This document shows positions 49,285-58,902 of a stretch of 64,000 nt of DNA, piece after piece. A model generated the notes under the pieces. It was not told the DNA's origin, made no database searches, and worked only from the letters and a program-made list of their open reading frames with translations. The stretch lies in the NCBI RefSeq assembly GCF_028368995.1, contig NZ_JAQNDL010000001.1, forward strand, positions 2,112,001 to 2,176,000, in the 5' to 3' direction. Made by a program: the position numbers and the translations under genes. Position 1 is the first letter of the stretch. Each line of letters opens with the position of its first letter. This stretch comes from Nannocystis bainbridge (lineage in GTDB: Bacteria; Myxococcota_A; Polyangia; Nannocystales; Nannocystaceae).

Positions 49285-52023
49285 TCAGAACTCGAGCCGC
49301 ACGCCGAGCGACGGCAAGATCGGCAGGCCGGTCTGCAGCTGGCGCTGCTGCAGGTTGTACGAGTAGACCCACGCCTCGCCGTTCTGGCGGTTGTAGACGT
49401 TGATGATGTCGAGATAGAAGTTCGCCGTCACGCGCTTGAACGTGAAGCGCTTGTCGACGCGCAGGTCGAGCTGGTGGAACGCCGGCAGCCGCCCGTCGCG
49501 GCCGAACCACGGCTCGTAGCCGTCCTGCACGAACGCGCTGTCGAAGTAGGAGACCGACGGGTTGCCGCTGACGAGGCGGAAGCGGCCGCCGATCTGCCAG
49601 CCGCGCGGCAGCTTGTAGACGGCGAGGATGGTGAGGATGTGCGGCTGGTCGAAGCTGAACGGCCGGTAGTCGGCGCCGGGCCGGGCCTGGATCAGGCTCT
49701 TCATCAAGGTGTAGCTGACCCACCCGAACAGCCGCTTGGTCAGCGCCTTGCGGACCAGCAGCTCCATGCCGAAGATCTGGCCGGTGCCCTGGTTGGCGAA
49801 GTTCTCGAGCCGGATGTCGCCCGAGACCGGGTCGCGCATCAGCACGCTCGAGGAGGTCGAGCGGTCGAACACGTACTTGTAGAATCCGGTGACCTCGGCC
49901 TCGATGCCGACGCTGTCGAACACCTGGGCCACGCCGAGGCTGGTGTGGACCGCCCGCTCGATGCCCGAGCGCGGGTTGCCCCACACCGGCGCGAGGCTGA
50001 TGAGGTCGGGGATCTGGCTGTAGAGGCCGACGCCGCCCTTGACCGCCGTGTTCTCGCCGACCTGCCAGTTGAAGCGCACGCGCGGGTCGACCGTGGCCTT
50101 CTTGATCTGCAGCGCGTAGTAGGTCACGCGCGCGCCGGGGTAGATCGTGAACTTCTCGCCGAGGCCGATCGTCGCCGTGGTGTAGATCGCCGGCGTGGCG
50201 TAGTTCTGGCCGATGTCGGCGACGTTGTAGACGCCGGTGTCGCCGGTCCCGGCCCCCGCCGGCACGCCCGGCGCGCGGGCCCCGATCTCGTAGCGACCGG
50301 CCTGCAGCTCGGTGCCGACGCGGATCGCCGCTCGCTTGCTCAGCTGCCGCGACGCCTCGGCGCGCCAGCTGAACTCGTACTTGGGGAAGTTGAAGGTGAA
50401 GAGCCCGCCGAACGCGCCCGACAGCGACTGGTAGTTGATCGACGGCGTGATCAGGAAGTCCCACGGCCCGTCCTGCTTGCGGTAGACGAGGTCGAGCCGG
50501 TGGAACAGGATCGCCGTGCGCGCCTGGTTCTCCGAGCCCGTCATCGTCTCGTTCGGGCCCTGCGCGATCACCCGCAGGCGGTCGTCCGAGCCGAACCACC
50601 GCACCGACAGCTCGCCGCCGCCGACCGGGTAGTCGAACAGGAACTGATAATCATAGTAGCGCGGCGCCTGCGACAGCCCGAGGCCGATGTCTTTCGGCAG
50701 CGCCGCCTTGAGGATCGCGTCGACGTAGCTGCGGCGGAAGCTGGTGACGAAGCTGCCCTTCTTGATCGGGCCCTCGAGCATGATCCCGGCGTCGAACACG
50801 TCGGCGTCGACGTAGCCGTGGTAGCCGTCGCGTCGGCCCTTGCGCGGGTTGACGTTGATGATGCCGCCGATCGCGTCGCCGAACCGGCTGTCGAAGTTGC
50901 CGGGGATGAAGTCGATCTGCGCGAGGATGTCGGAGTTGAAGGTCGACGACAGGGCCCCGAAGTGGAACAGCTGCGGGATCTCGTGGTAGCCGAGGTACGT
51001 CTTCGAGTCGCCGGGCGCGGCGCCGCGGATGATCAGCAGGCCGAGGCCGAACGGCGCCCGCGCGACGCCGGGGAAGTTCTGCAGCGACTTGAGCGCGTCG
51101 CCCTGCGTGCCCGGCAGGTTGAAGATCTCCTCCGGCGTGATGGTGCGACGCGCGACCTCTTCACGGGCGTCGCGGCGCTGCTTCACCACCGTGCGGAACG
51201 GGTTCGACACCAGCCGCCGGGCGAAGTACTTGACCTCGAGCAGGTCGCCCTTGGCCAGCTCCTCGACCACCTCGTAGCGGTCGAAGCCCTGCGCCAGGGC
51301 GATGATGCGGACCTTGCCGTCGGGCACGCCGCGCAGCTCGAACGAGCCGTCGGGGGCGGTCTCGGCGCGCATGGTCCAGGCCGGTTCGGGCTCGTCGCCG
51401 TAGATCTTTTTGGTGACCTGTCCCACCGGCCAGTCCGGCGGCGCGGGCACCACGAGCACGCTCGCGCCCGACACCGGGACGCGCTGGCCGGCCTCGAGCA
51501 GCACGCCGCGCAGCCGCACCGGACCTGTCCCTTGGGACTGCTGGGCGGGTTCGCCCGCGTCGGTCTCGGGCTCGCCGGCGTCGACCTCGGGCTCGCGGTC
51601 CGCGGGCTCCGGCGGCAGCGGCGGCGGGGCGGCGATGTCGATGCCGACCTTGAGCACCACCTCGATCGGCCGGCCCTTGTAGAGCCCGGGCGTGTAGCGC
51701 AGCTGGGCCACGGCGGACTTGGCGAGCGCGTCGAGCTCGGGGTGCACGCTCTGCACGACCTCGAGCTCTTTCGGCACCCCGTCGACGCCGACCACCAGCT
51801 TGACGACGACCTGTCCCTGCGGCGGCGCGGGCAGGCGGCGCAGATCTTCGGGGTACTCGAGCTCGACGCTGTTCTGCAGCGCCGGCTGGACCAGGTCGGC
51901 CGGGTCCTGCGCACGCGCGGAACCGGCGTGCAGCGCCGCGGCCAGGGTCAGCACCGCGCCCAGGCCGTGCAGGCCGGCGGTCCCGATCCGGAGGCTGGCG
52001 AGGCGGCGAGGTCGCGGGCGCAA
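49285..52023 (-). CDS. TonB-dependent receptor with N-terminal TonB C-terminal domain and carboxypeptidase-regulatory-like domain
   Basis: YP..L....QG.VVV.LVVGVDG (TonB_C); PGT.GD.LKSLQNFPGV...IIRGA plug; C-terminal PILPSLGVRLEF; start uncertain (TTG 52023 assumed). Confidence 0.88.
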   Translation of the reverse strand: MRPRPRRLASLRIGTAGLHGLGAVLTLAAALHAGSARAQDPADLVQPALQNSVELEYPEDLRRLPAPPQGQVVVKLVVGVDGVPKELEVVQSVHPELDALAKSAVAQLRYTPGLYKGRPIEVVLKVGIDIAAPPPLPPEPADREPEVDAGEPETDAGEPAQQSQGTGPVRLRGVLLEAGQRVPVSGASVLVVPAPPDWPVGQVTKKIYGDEPEPAWTMRAETAPDGSFELRGVPDGKVRIIALAQGFDRYEVVEELAKGDLLEVKYFARRLVSNPFRTVVKQRRDAREEVARRTITPEEIFNLPGTQGDALKSLQNFPGVARAPFGLGLLIIRGAAPGDSKTYLGYHEIPQLFHFGALSSTFNSDILAQIDFIPGNFDSRFGDAIGGIINVNPRKGRRDGYHGYVDADVFDAGIMLEGPIKKGSFVTSFRRSYVDAILKAALPKDIGLGLSQAPRYYDYQFLFDYPVGGGELSVRWFGSDDRLRVIAQGPNETMTGSENQARTAILFHRLDLVYRKQDGPWDFLITPSINYQSLSGAFGGLFTFNFPKYEFSWRAEASRQLSKRAAIRVGTELQAGRYEIGARAPGVPAGAGTGDTGVYNVADIGQNYATPAIYTTATIGLGEKFTIYPGARVTYYALQIKKATVDPRVRFNWQVGENTAVKGGVGLYSQIPDLISLAPVWGNPRSGIERAVHTSLGVAQVFDSVGIEAEVTGFYKYVFDRSTSSSVLMRDPVSGDIRLENFANQGTGQIFGMELLVRKALTKRLFGWVSYTLMKSLIQARPGADYRPFSFDQPHILTILAVYKLPRGWQIGGRFRLVSGNPSVSYFDSAFVQDGYEPWFGRDGRLPAFHQLDLRVDKRFTFKRVTANFYLDIINVYNRQNGEAWVYSYNLQQRQLQTGLPILPSLGVRLEF

Positions 52024-52286
52024 GCGGCAGGAGCATGCTCCAAGCCCGGCGCCCCTGGCTAGTGCCGCCGAAGCCGGCGCGCGCGGTCTGGCCGGCGTGC
52101 GCACGGCCGGGAAGCCCGGGCCCCACCTCCTGCGTAATGTCTCTTCCCGGGGCTTGCCTCGGCGTCCCACCGGACAATCGTTCCCCTGCGGGGTCGAAAG
52201 CCGCGCCGACGCGGCAAGGCCGCTGGCCCCCGGTGGTACACTCGTAACGGCTCCCTGCGGCCCGTTGGCCGCGCAGCTCCGCTCCC

Positions 52287-54530
52287 ATGCGCTCCTTCGG
52301 CTGGCTTCACTTCACGGACCTCCACCAGGGCCTCGACGCCCAGGGCTGGCTGTGGCCGGGCGTCCGCGAGGTCCTGCTGGCCGACCTCGAGAAGCTGCAC
52401 GCCCGCTGCGGCCCGTGGGACCTGGTCCTGTTCAGCGGCGACCTGACCCAGCGGGGCAGCGCCGCCGAGTTCGCGCGCCTCAACCAAACCCTGCAGCAGC
52501 TGTGGGATCACCTCCGCGCCCTCGGCTCGACCCCCGCGCTGGTGACCGTCCCCGGCAACCACGACCTCATCCGCCCCGACCCGCGCCGCCCCGAGTCGCT
52601 GGTGCTCGGCCGCTGGGACACCTATCCCGAAGTTCAGGTCGAGTTCTGGCGCGACGCCAGCTCGCCCTACCGCGCCCTCGTCGACCAGGCGTTCGCGCCG
52701 TACAGCGACTGGCTCAAGAGCCACCCGTTCGCCGGCCTGCAGCTGCAGCGCGGCATGCTGCCCGGCGACTGCTCGGCGGTGCTGGCCAAGGACGGGCTCA
52801 AGCTCGGCGTCGTCGGCCTCAACAGCGCCTTCTTGCAGCTCGGCGATGGCGACTACACCGGCAAGCTCGCGCTCGACGTCCGCCAGCTGCACGCGGCCTG
52901 CGGCGGCGACGGCCCGGCGTGGGTCAAGGAGTGCGACTTCGCGTTGCTGATGACGCACCACCCGCCGACCTGGCTGCAGGCCAAGGCCCGCGACGAGTTG
53001 GTCGCCGAGATCGCCCCGCCCGGGCGGTTCGTCGCTCACGTCTACGGCCACATGCACGAGCACGCGAGCAGCGTGATCGCCATCGGCGGCGCGCAGGGTC
53101 GGCGCGAGCTCCAGGGCAGCTCGCTGTTCGGCCTCGAGGTCTACGGCGGCAAGGTCGATCGCCGCCACGGCTACACCGCCGCGCGCATCACCGTCGACGA
53201 CAACAACGAGGCGACCTTGCGGCTGTGGCCGCGCGTCGCCAAGAAGCACGCCGCCGGTCACTGGCGCGTCGTCCAGGACCTCGACGCCTTCGAGCTCGGC
53301 GACGATCAGGGCACCCGGCCCGAGCCGCTGCCGCCGCCGCGTCGGCGCACGCCCCCGCCTCCGCCCCCGCCCCCGGTCAACCCGGCCAACCTGGTCGCCA
53401 CCGGACCTGTCCTTTCGGCCAGCACGTCCGGATCGCACCCTTCGATCTCGCAGACCGCCCCGATCCCGCTCGGCGTGATCACCTCGCTGTCGGGCGGCGC
53501 GCCCGGCGACTCGGGCATCTTCTACTCGTCGATCGCCGCCCGCGTGCAGCCACCGGGCGCGCCCTACAACATCAACTGGCACGTCCACCGCGCCGAGGAG
53601 GAGCGCACCGCGCTCAACTACCTCGATCAGCCGGGCGCGCCGGTCGTGCTGTGGGGCCCCGACAAGTTCGGCAAGACCTGGATGTCGCAGTTCTTGACCG
53701 ACATGGTCTACCAGGCCGACGGCGGCGCATGCCGGGTCGTCGCCATCAACCTCGACACCTTCGACTACGAGTCGCGCAGCGACTACGGCAACTTCATCCG
53801 CGAGTTCGCGTTCCAGATCGTCGGCTCGATCGGCGGCCCCGAGGACTGGGTCCCGACCTTGTGGAAGTCGCCGGGCAGCGTCAACCAGAAGCTCGGCCGG
53901 CTGATGCGGGACAACGTGCTGCCGCTGGCGAGCACGCGGGTGATCCTCGCGCTCGACCGCGTCGACGCCGTGTGGGGCCTGCCGTTCAAGGACGACTGGT
54001 TCGGCATGCTGCGCGCGTGGGCCGAGGATCCGCGGCTGGAGAAGCTGCGGCTCGTGCTCGGCATCAGCACCACGCCGCGGCGGTTGATCGAGCGGACCAC
54101 GCAGTCGCCGTTCAACCTGAGCCCGCCGATCGTGCTCGGTGACCTCACGCGCGAGCAGGTCGAGAACCTGTCGCAGCTGTACGGGCTCGACTGGACGCCG
54201 CAGGACTTCGGCGCGCTGATGAGCCTCGTCGGCGGGCACCCCTACCTCGTACGCCTGGCCATGCACAGGGCCAACCTCGCCGGCGGGCTGTCGGCGCGCG
54301 AACTGCTGGCCGAGCCGTCGAACCTGTTCGACGACTTCCTCCAGCGCTACGCGCGGCGCCTCCACCTCCACCCCGAGATGATGGCCGGCGTGAAGCGGCT
54401 GCGCAGCGACGCGCTGGCGGAGCTCGACTCCGACGCCTCGGCCGCGCTCGAGAGCAGCGGCATCGCCGTCGAGGAGAAGGTCGGCTTCTACCGCCTGCGC
54501 TATCGGCTGTACGAGCGGCTGCGGCCATGA
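52287..54530 (+). CDS. Calcineurin-like metallophosphoesterase fused via a Pro-rich linker to an AAA_35-type ATPase
   Basis: TDLH, SGDL, PGNHD, HHP, GHMH; Walker A WGPDKFGKT; Walker B VILALDRVD; SPFN; GGHPYLVR. Confidence 0.85.
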   Translation: MRSFGWLHFTDLHQGLDAQGWLWPGVREVLLADLEKLHARCGPWDLVLFSGDLTQRGSAAEFARLNQTLQQLWDHLRALGSTPALVTVPGNHDLIRPDPRRPESLVLGRWDTYPEVQVEFWRDASSPYRALVDQAFAPYSDWLKSHPFAGLQLQRGMLPGDCSAVLAKDGLKLGVVGLNSAFLQLGDGDYTGKLALDVRQLHAACGGDGPAWVKECDFALLMTHHPPTWLQAKARDELVAEIAPPGRFVAHVYGHMHEHASSVIAIGGAQGRRELQGSSLFGLEVYGGKVDRRHGYTAARITVDDNNEATLRLWPRVAKKHAAGHWRVVQDLDAFELGDDQGTRPEPLPPPRRRTPPPPPPPPVNPANLVATGPVLSASTSGSHPSISQTAPIPLGVITSLSGGAPGDSGIFYSSIAARVQPPGAPYNINWHVHRAEEERTALNYLDQPGAPVVLWGPDKFGKTWMSQFLTDMVYQADGGACRVVAINLDTFDYESRSDYGNFIREFAFQIVGSIGGPEDWVPTLWKSPGSVNQKLGRLMRDNVLPLASTRVILALDRVDAVWGLPFKDDWFGMLRAWAEDPRLEKLRLVLGISTTPRRLIERTTQSPFNLSPPIVLGDLTREQVENLSQLYGLDWTPQDFGALMSLVGGHPYLVRLAMHRANLAGGLSARELLAEPSNLFDDFLQRYARRLHLHPEMMAGVKRLRSDALAELDSDASAALESSGIAVEEKVGFYRLRYRLYERLRP

Positions 54531-57500
54531 CCCCGCCACATCCGAGCTCGGGCGCGGGTCTCCACGGCGCCCAGTTCCAGGTCGGCGGCGCGGTCCAGGC
54601 CGGCGCCTTTTACATCGAGCGCAAGGCCGACCGCGAGCTGCTCAGCGCGCTGATGCGGGGCGAGTTCTGCTACATCCTCGCCCCGCGGCAGATCGGCAAG
54701 ACCAGCCTGCGCGTGCGCGCGGCCAAGCGGCTGCAGGGCGGCGGCGTCCGCTGCGTCAGCATCGACCTCACCAACATCGGCTCGACGCTGGTCTCGATCG
54801 ACGACTGGTACTTCAGCATCGCCCTCGAGATCGCCGAGGCGATGGGCCTGCCGAGCCCCGAGCTGTTCTGGAGCACCCACCAGAACCTCACCCCCGTCCA
54901 CCGCTGGTACCGCTTCCTCCGCAACGAGCTGCTCGACCGCACCGAGGCGCCGATCGTCGTCTTCATCGACGAGGTCGAGTCGGTGCAGGCGCTGCCGTTC
55001 AGCGCCGACGACTTCTTCGCCTCGATCCGCTCGGCCTTCAACCTGCGGGCCGAGGACCTGGCCTACGAGCGCCTCACCTTCTGCCTCCTCGGCGTCGCCG
55101 CCCCCGCCGACCTGATCTCCAACTCGGTCCGCACCCCGTTCAACATCGGCCGCGAGATCCGCCTCGAGGACTTCTCGCGCGGCGAGCTCGACGCCTTCCG
55201 GCCTGGCCTCGAGGGCCTGGGCGGCAGCCCCGACGCCCTGCTCGACGCCGTGTACGCCTGGACATCTGGCCATCCGTACATGTCCCAAAGGCTATGCGAC
55301 GACCTGGTCCGGCGCGGCCCGGTCAGCGACAAGACCGAGGCCGAGCGGGTCGACGACTCGGCCTACACCCTGTTCCTGCGCAACGGCCGGACCGCCGACG
55401 CCAACCTCGCCTACGCCGAGAAGCGGCTCAACGCCAACGCCTCGCGGGAGCGCTCGCGCGACCTGCTCGACCTCTACCGCCGGCTCCTCAGCGGCGAGCC
55501 GGCGCCGGCCGAGCCGAACAACCCGCTGCAGATCGAGCTGCGCCTGACGGGGCTCGCGGCCGAGGCGCGCGGCGAGCAGGGCGACATCCACCTGCAGGTC
55601 CGCAACCTCGTGTTCGCCGAGGTCTACGACCACAAGTGGCTGCGCGAGCGAGAGAAGGAGCAGCGGCTGGCCGAGTTCGTGGCCCGCTGGGAGGGCAAGG
55701 GCCGCCAGGACGACTACCTGCTGCGCGGCACGGCGCTCGAGGACGCGCTGGCGTGGTCGCACGGGCGCAGCGACCTGACCCTCGGCGACCACGAGTTCCT
55801 GCTCGCCGGCCTCAACTTCGCCCGCCGCGAGGCCGAGGCGCGCCACCGGCTCGAGGAGGCCGCGCGCATGCAGGAACAGGCCCGCCTGGCCGCGCTCGAG
55901 GAGCAGCGCAAGGCCGAGCGCGAGCGCTACCGGGCCGACATCGAGCGAGAGCGGCGCGAGCGGGCCGAGGAGGGCGCCGTCTCGCAGCGGCGCACCATCT
56001 CGATCCTCACCGGCACCGTCGCCACCCTCGGCCTCCTGCTGGCCCTCACCGTGTGGCAGTTCGTGGTCGCCGAGCAGAGCAAGGACCAGCTGTCGCGGAT
56101 CTCCGAGCGTCGCAACGAGGACGCCCGGCTCGACCGCCTCGGCGCCGACGCCCTCCTCTACGCCCAGCAGCCCGGCAAGGAGCGCGACGCCCTGCTGACC
56201 GCGATCAAGGCCGCCGCCGACGCGCTCGCCCGCGACGGCGAGGTCCCGCCGCGCGTCATGCAGGGCCTGGCCGCCGCGGTCGCCACCCCGGTCCAGCGGC
56301 CGCTGGTGCTGCGCCACGCCGAGGCCGTGCACGGGGCCCACTTCTCGCACGACGGCACCCGCGTGCTCACGGCCAGCAAGGACGGCACCGCCCACCTGTG
56401 GGACGCCGTCTCGGGCAAGACGATCCGCGTGCTCGAGCACGCCGCGCCTGTCCTTTCAGCCAGCTTCTCGCGCGACGACACCCGCATCTTCAGCGTCGGC
56501 GCCGACAAGAGCGCGCGGCTGTGGAACGCCGCCACCGGCGACAACCTCGAGGAGTACAAGAACGTCGCCGTCCCGCCGCAGCGGATGATCGCCGGCCTGG
56601 CCGACAACGGCTACAGCGTCTACTTCCTCGGCGTCGACCGCGGCGCCCACCTGGTCGACATCCGCGGCAACAAGGCGCGCGACCTGCCGCGCACCCTCAG
56701 CGGCAACGTCACCGCGATCGCCCTGGCCGACGGCGAGCCGCTGGCGGCCACCGGCGGCAGCGACGGCGTCGTGCGCCTGTGGGACCTCGACACCGGCGAG
56801 CTCCAGATCGAGCTGAAGCGGCACAAGGGCAACGTCGCCGCGGTGCTGCTGTCGCCGCTCGGCGGCCGGCTCGTCAGCGTCGGCGAGGACGGCGACGCCC
56901 GCGTGTGGACCACCGCCGGCGCCGCGGTCGCGACCCTCCAGCACGGCGATCCTGTCCTCGGGGCCAGCTTCTCCGCCAGCGGCGACCGCTTGCTGACGTG
57001 GAGCCTGGCGCGGGCGGTCGTGTGGTCGAGCGCCGGCAAGCAGCTGGCCAGCCTCACCGACCCGCGCGAGCTGCTCAAGCAGGCCGCCTTCTCGCCCGAC
57101 GACCGCCGCGTCGCCACCGTCGGCGCCGGCACCGGCGGCGGCGCGGGCACGGCGGTCAAGCTGTGGGACCCGGTCAAGGGCGAGGTCGCGGCCACCCTCA
57201 CCGGTCACACGGGACAGGTCCTTTCGGTCAGGTTCTCGCTCGACGCCTCGCGCGTGCTGACGACCAGCGAGGACAACACCGCCCGGCTGTGGAACAGCGC
57301 CGGCGGCCAGCCGCTGGCCACCCTCGAGGGTCACACGGCGCCCGTGCTGGCCGCCGAGTTCTCGCCCGACGGCGCCCGGATCCTCACCGTCGGCGGCGAC
57401 AACACCGCGCGGATCTGGGACGGCTCGCTCAACAACGCCGTGCCGACCCTCAAGGGCCACGGCGCCTCGGTGCGGCTGGCCCGCTTCTCGCCCGACGGCA

Positions 57501-58561
57501 GCCGGATCGTCACCACCAGCGACGACAAGACCGCGCGTCTGTGGGACGTCGTCAGCACCCGCAACATCCGCACCCTCGAGGGCCACGGCGGCCCCGTCGT
57601 CGCCGCCGTGTTCGCCGGCGACGGCTCCGGCCGGCTGCTCACCTGGGCCGAGGAGGACTCCAACCTGCGCCTGTGGGACGCCAGCAACGGCGACGAAGTC
57701 GCCGTGCTCGGCCACGCCGGACATGTCCTCGGGGCCAGCTTCTCCCGCGACGGCGCGCGCATCGTCTCGGCCGGCGCCGACGACACCCTGCGCCAGTGGG
57801 ACGCCACCACCGGCGCGGTCGTCGGCGAGCCGTGGCAGGGCACCCGCGGCCAGCAGACCGTCGCCGGCTTCGCCCCCGGCGGCCGCTACGTCGTGCTCGC
57901 CAGCCGCGACAGCAACACCGCCCAGCTGATCGACGTCGAGGCCCAGCGCTTCATCACCGACCTCGTCGGTCACAGCGCCCCGGTCGAGGGCGCCGTGTTC
58001 TCGCCCGACGGCGAGACCGTCGTCACCCTCAGCGCCGACCACACCGCCAAGCTGTGGGTCGCCCGTTACGGCAGCGAGATCGCCACCCTCGACCCTGCCG
58101 CCGGCGCCATCGCCTCGGCCGCGTTCTCGCGCGACGGCGGCCGGCTCGTCCTCGCCACCGCGCGCGACGCCTGGGTGTGGTCGCTCACCGGCCCCGACGA
58201 CCGCCCGCAGGTGCTCGCCACCCTGCTCGGCCACTCCGCCTCGCTGCTCCACGCCACCTTCTCCGTCAACGGTGGGCGCATCGTCACCGCCTCGTCCGAC
58301 AACACCGCCAAGCTGTGGGTCGCCCCCGTCGACTCCTCCAACTACGACTTACTGGCGACGCTGCACGGCCACGCCGCCGCCGTCAACTACGCCGAGTTCT
58401 CGCCCGACGGCCGCAACATCGTCACCGCCGGCCGCGACGGCCGCATCAAGCTGTTCCCGACCTCGGTCGAGGACCTGCTGCGCAAGGCCTGCGACGAGCT
58501 CCGCCCGCACCGCGACGACTACGAGCAGGTCGAGGCCGACTGCCGCCTCGCCGGCGGCTGA
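54527..58561 (+). CDS. AAA_35-type ATPase, coiled coil, TM helix and about 15 WD40 repeats
   Basis: YIERKAD, LAPRQIGKTSL, VVFIDEVE, TPFNIG, WTSGHPYM.Q; YLLRG..L..A..W; TM ILTGTVATLGLLLALTVW; repeated GH...V..A.FSPDG.R..T.S.D.TA.LW; ATGA overlap with upstream gene. Confidence 0.9.
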   Translation: MTPPHPSSGAGLHGAQFQVGGAVQAGAFYIERKADRELLSALMRGEFCYILAPRQIGKTSLRVRAAKRLQGGGVRCVSIDLTNIGSTLVSIDDWYFSIALEIAEAMGLPSPELFWSTHQNLTPVHRWYRFLRNELLDRTEAPIVVFIDEVESVQALPFSADDFFASIRSAFNLRAEDLAYERLTFCLLGVAAPADLISNSVRTPFNIGREIRLEDFSRGELDAFRPGLEGLGGSPDALLDAVYAWTSGHPYMSQRLCDDLVRRGPVSDKTEAERVDDSAYTLFLRNGRTADANLAYAEKRLNANASRERSRDLLDLYRRLLSGEPAPAEPNNPLQIELRLTGLAAEARGEQGDIHLQVRNLVFAEVYDHKWLREREKEQRLAEFVARWEGKGRQDDYLLRGTALEDALAWSHGRSDLTLGDHEFLLAGLNFARREAEARHRLEEAARMQEQARLAALEEQRKAERERYRADIERERRERAEEGAVSQRRTISILTGTVATLGLLLALTVWQFVVAEQSKDQLSRISERRNEDARLDRLGADALLYAQQPGKERDALLTAIKAAADALARDGEVPPRVMQGLAAAVATPVQRPLVLRHAEAVHGAHFSHDGTRVLTASKDGTAHLWDAVSGKTIRVLEHAAPVLSASFSRDDTRIFSVGADKSARLWNAATGDNLEEYKNVAVPPQRMIAGLADNGYSVYFLGVDRGAHLVDIRGNKARDLPRTLSGNVTAIALADGEPLAATGGSDGVVRLWDLDTGELQIELKRHKGNVAAVLLSPLGGRLVSVGEDGDARVWTTAGAAVATLQHGDPVLGASFSASGDRLLTWSLARAVVWSSAGKQLASLTDPRELLKQAAFSPDDRRVATVGAGTGGGAGTAVKLWDPVKGEVAATLTGHTGQVLSVRFSLDASRVLTTSEDNTARLWNSAGGQPLATLEGHTAPVLAAEFSPDGARILTVGGDNTARIWDGSLNNAVPTLKGHGASVRLARFSPDGSRIVTTSDDKTARLWDVVSTRNIRTLEGHGGPVVAAVFAGDGSGRLLTWAEEDSNLRLWDASNGDEVAVLGHAGHVLGASFSRDGARIVSAGADDTLRQWDATTGAVVGEPWQGTRGQQTVAGFAPGGRYVVLASRDSNTAQLIDVEAQRFITDLVGHSAPVEGAVFSPDGETVVTLSADHTAKLWVARYGSEIATLDPAAGAIASAAFSRDGGRLVLATARDAWVWSLTGPDDRPQVLATLLGHSASLLHATFSVNGGRIVTASSDNTAKLWVAPVDSSNYDLLATLHGHAAAVNYAEFSPDGRNIVTAGRDGRIKLFPTSVEDLLRKACDELRPHRDDYEQVEADCRLAGG

Positions 58562-58564
58562 AAT

Positions 58565-58637
58565 CACATGTCCTCGCGGACAGGTCGGTGCCCGCGCGAC
58601 GGCGCGAGTGGCCTGTCCCATCGGCCATGTGCGCAGC
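58565..58637. repeat. Two 14-bp motif pairs
   Basis: cacatgtcctcgcg|gacaggtcggtgcc ... ggcctgtcccatcg|gccatgtgcgcagc. Confidence 0.6.
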
Positions 58638-58902
58638 GCCTGGACCCCGCGCCACGCCGCCGACGAGCCCGCGACGATCGTCGCGCGGGACCGACGACAC
58701 CACCAGCGCGCGCTCCTGCGGCCCGCAGCGGAGCGGGCGCTCCACGACATCCTCCCGCGGCTCTGCCTGCGGGTCCGGGCCACCTCGACGGCGCGCCGCG
58801 GCCCGACCTCACCGCGCTGACAGCTCCCCGCGCCGCCTCCGTGAGCGCCGCGCAGGCCGCGGCGGTGGCATCAGCGCGCGTTCTGGGCTATCCCCGGGGC
58901 GC

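Noticed and set aside
55294-58902. 1782-aa ORF 55294..60642 and other long Arg/Ala/Gly-rich ORFs (e.g. 1917..4511, 30258..33197, 48967..52062, 19078..21789)
   Set aside because: Shadow or antisense frames of real genes in high-GC DNA; only the 3' part from ATG 58903 is a real CDS.
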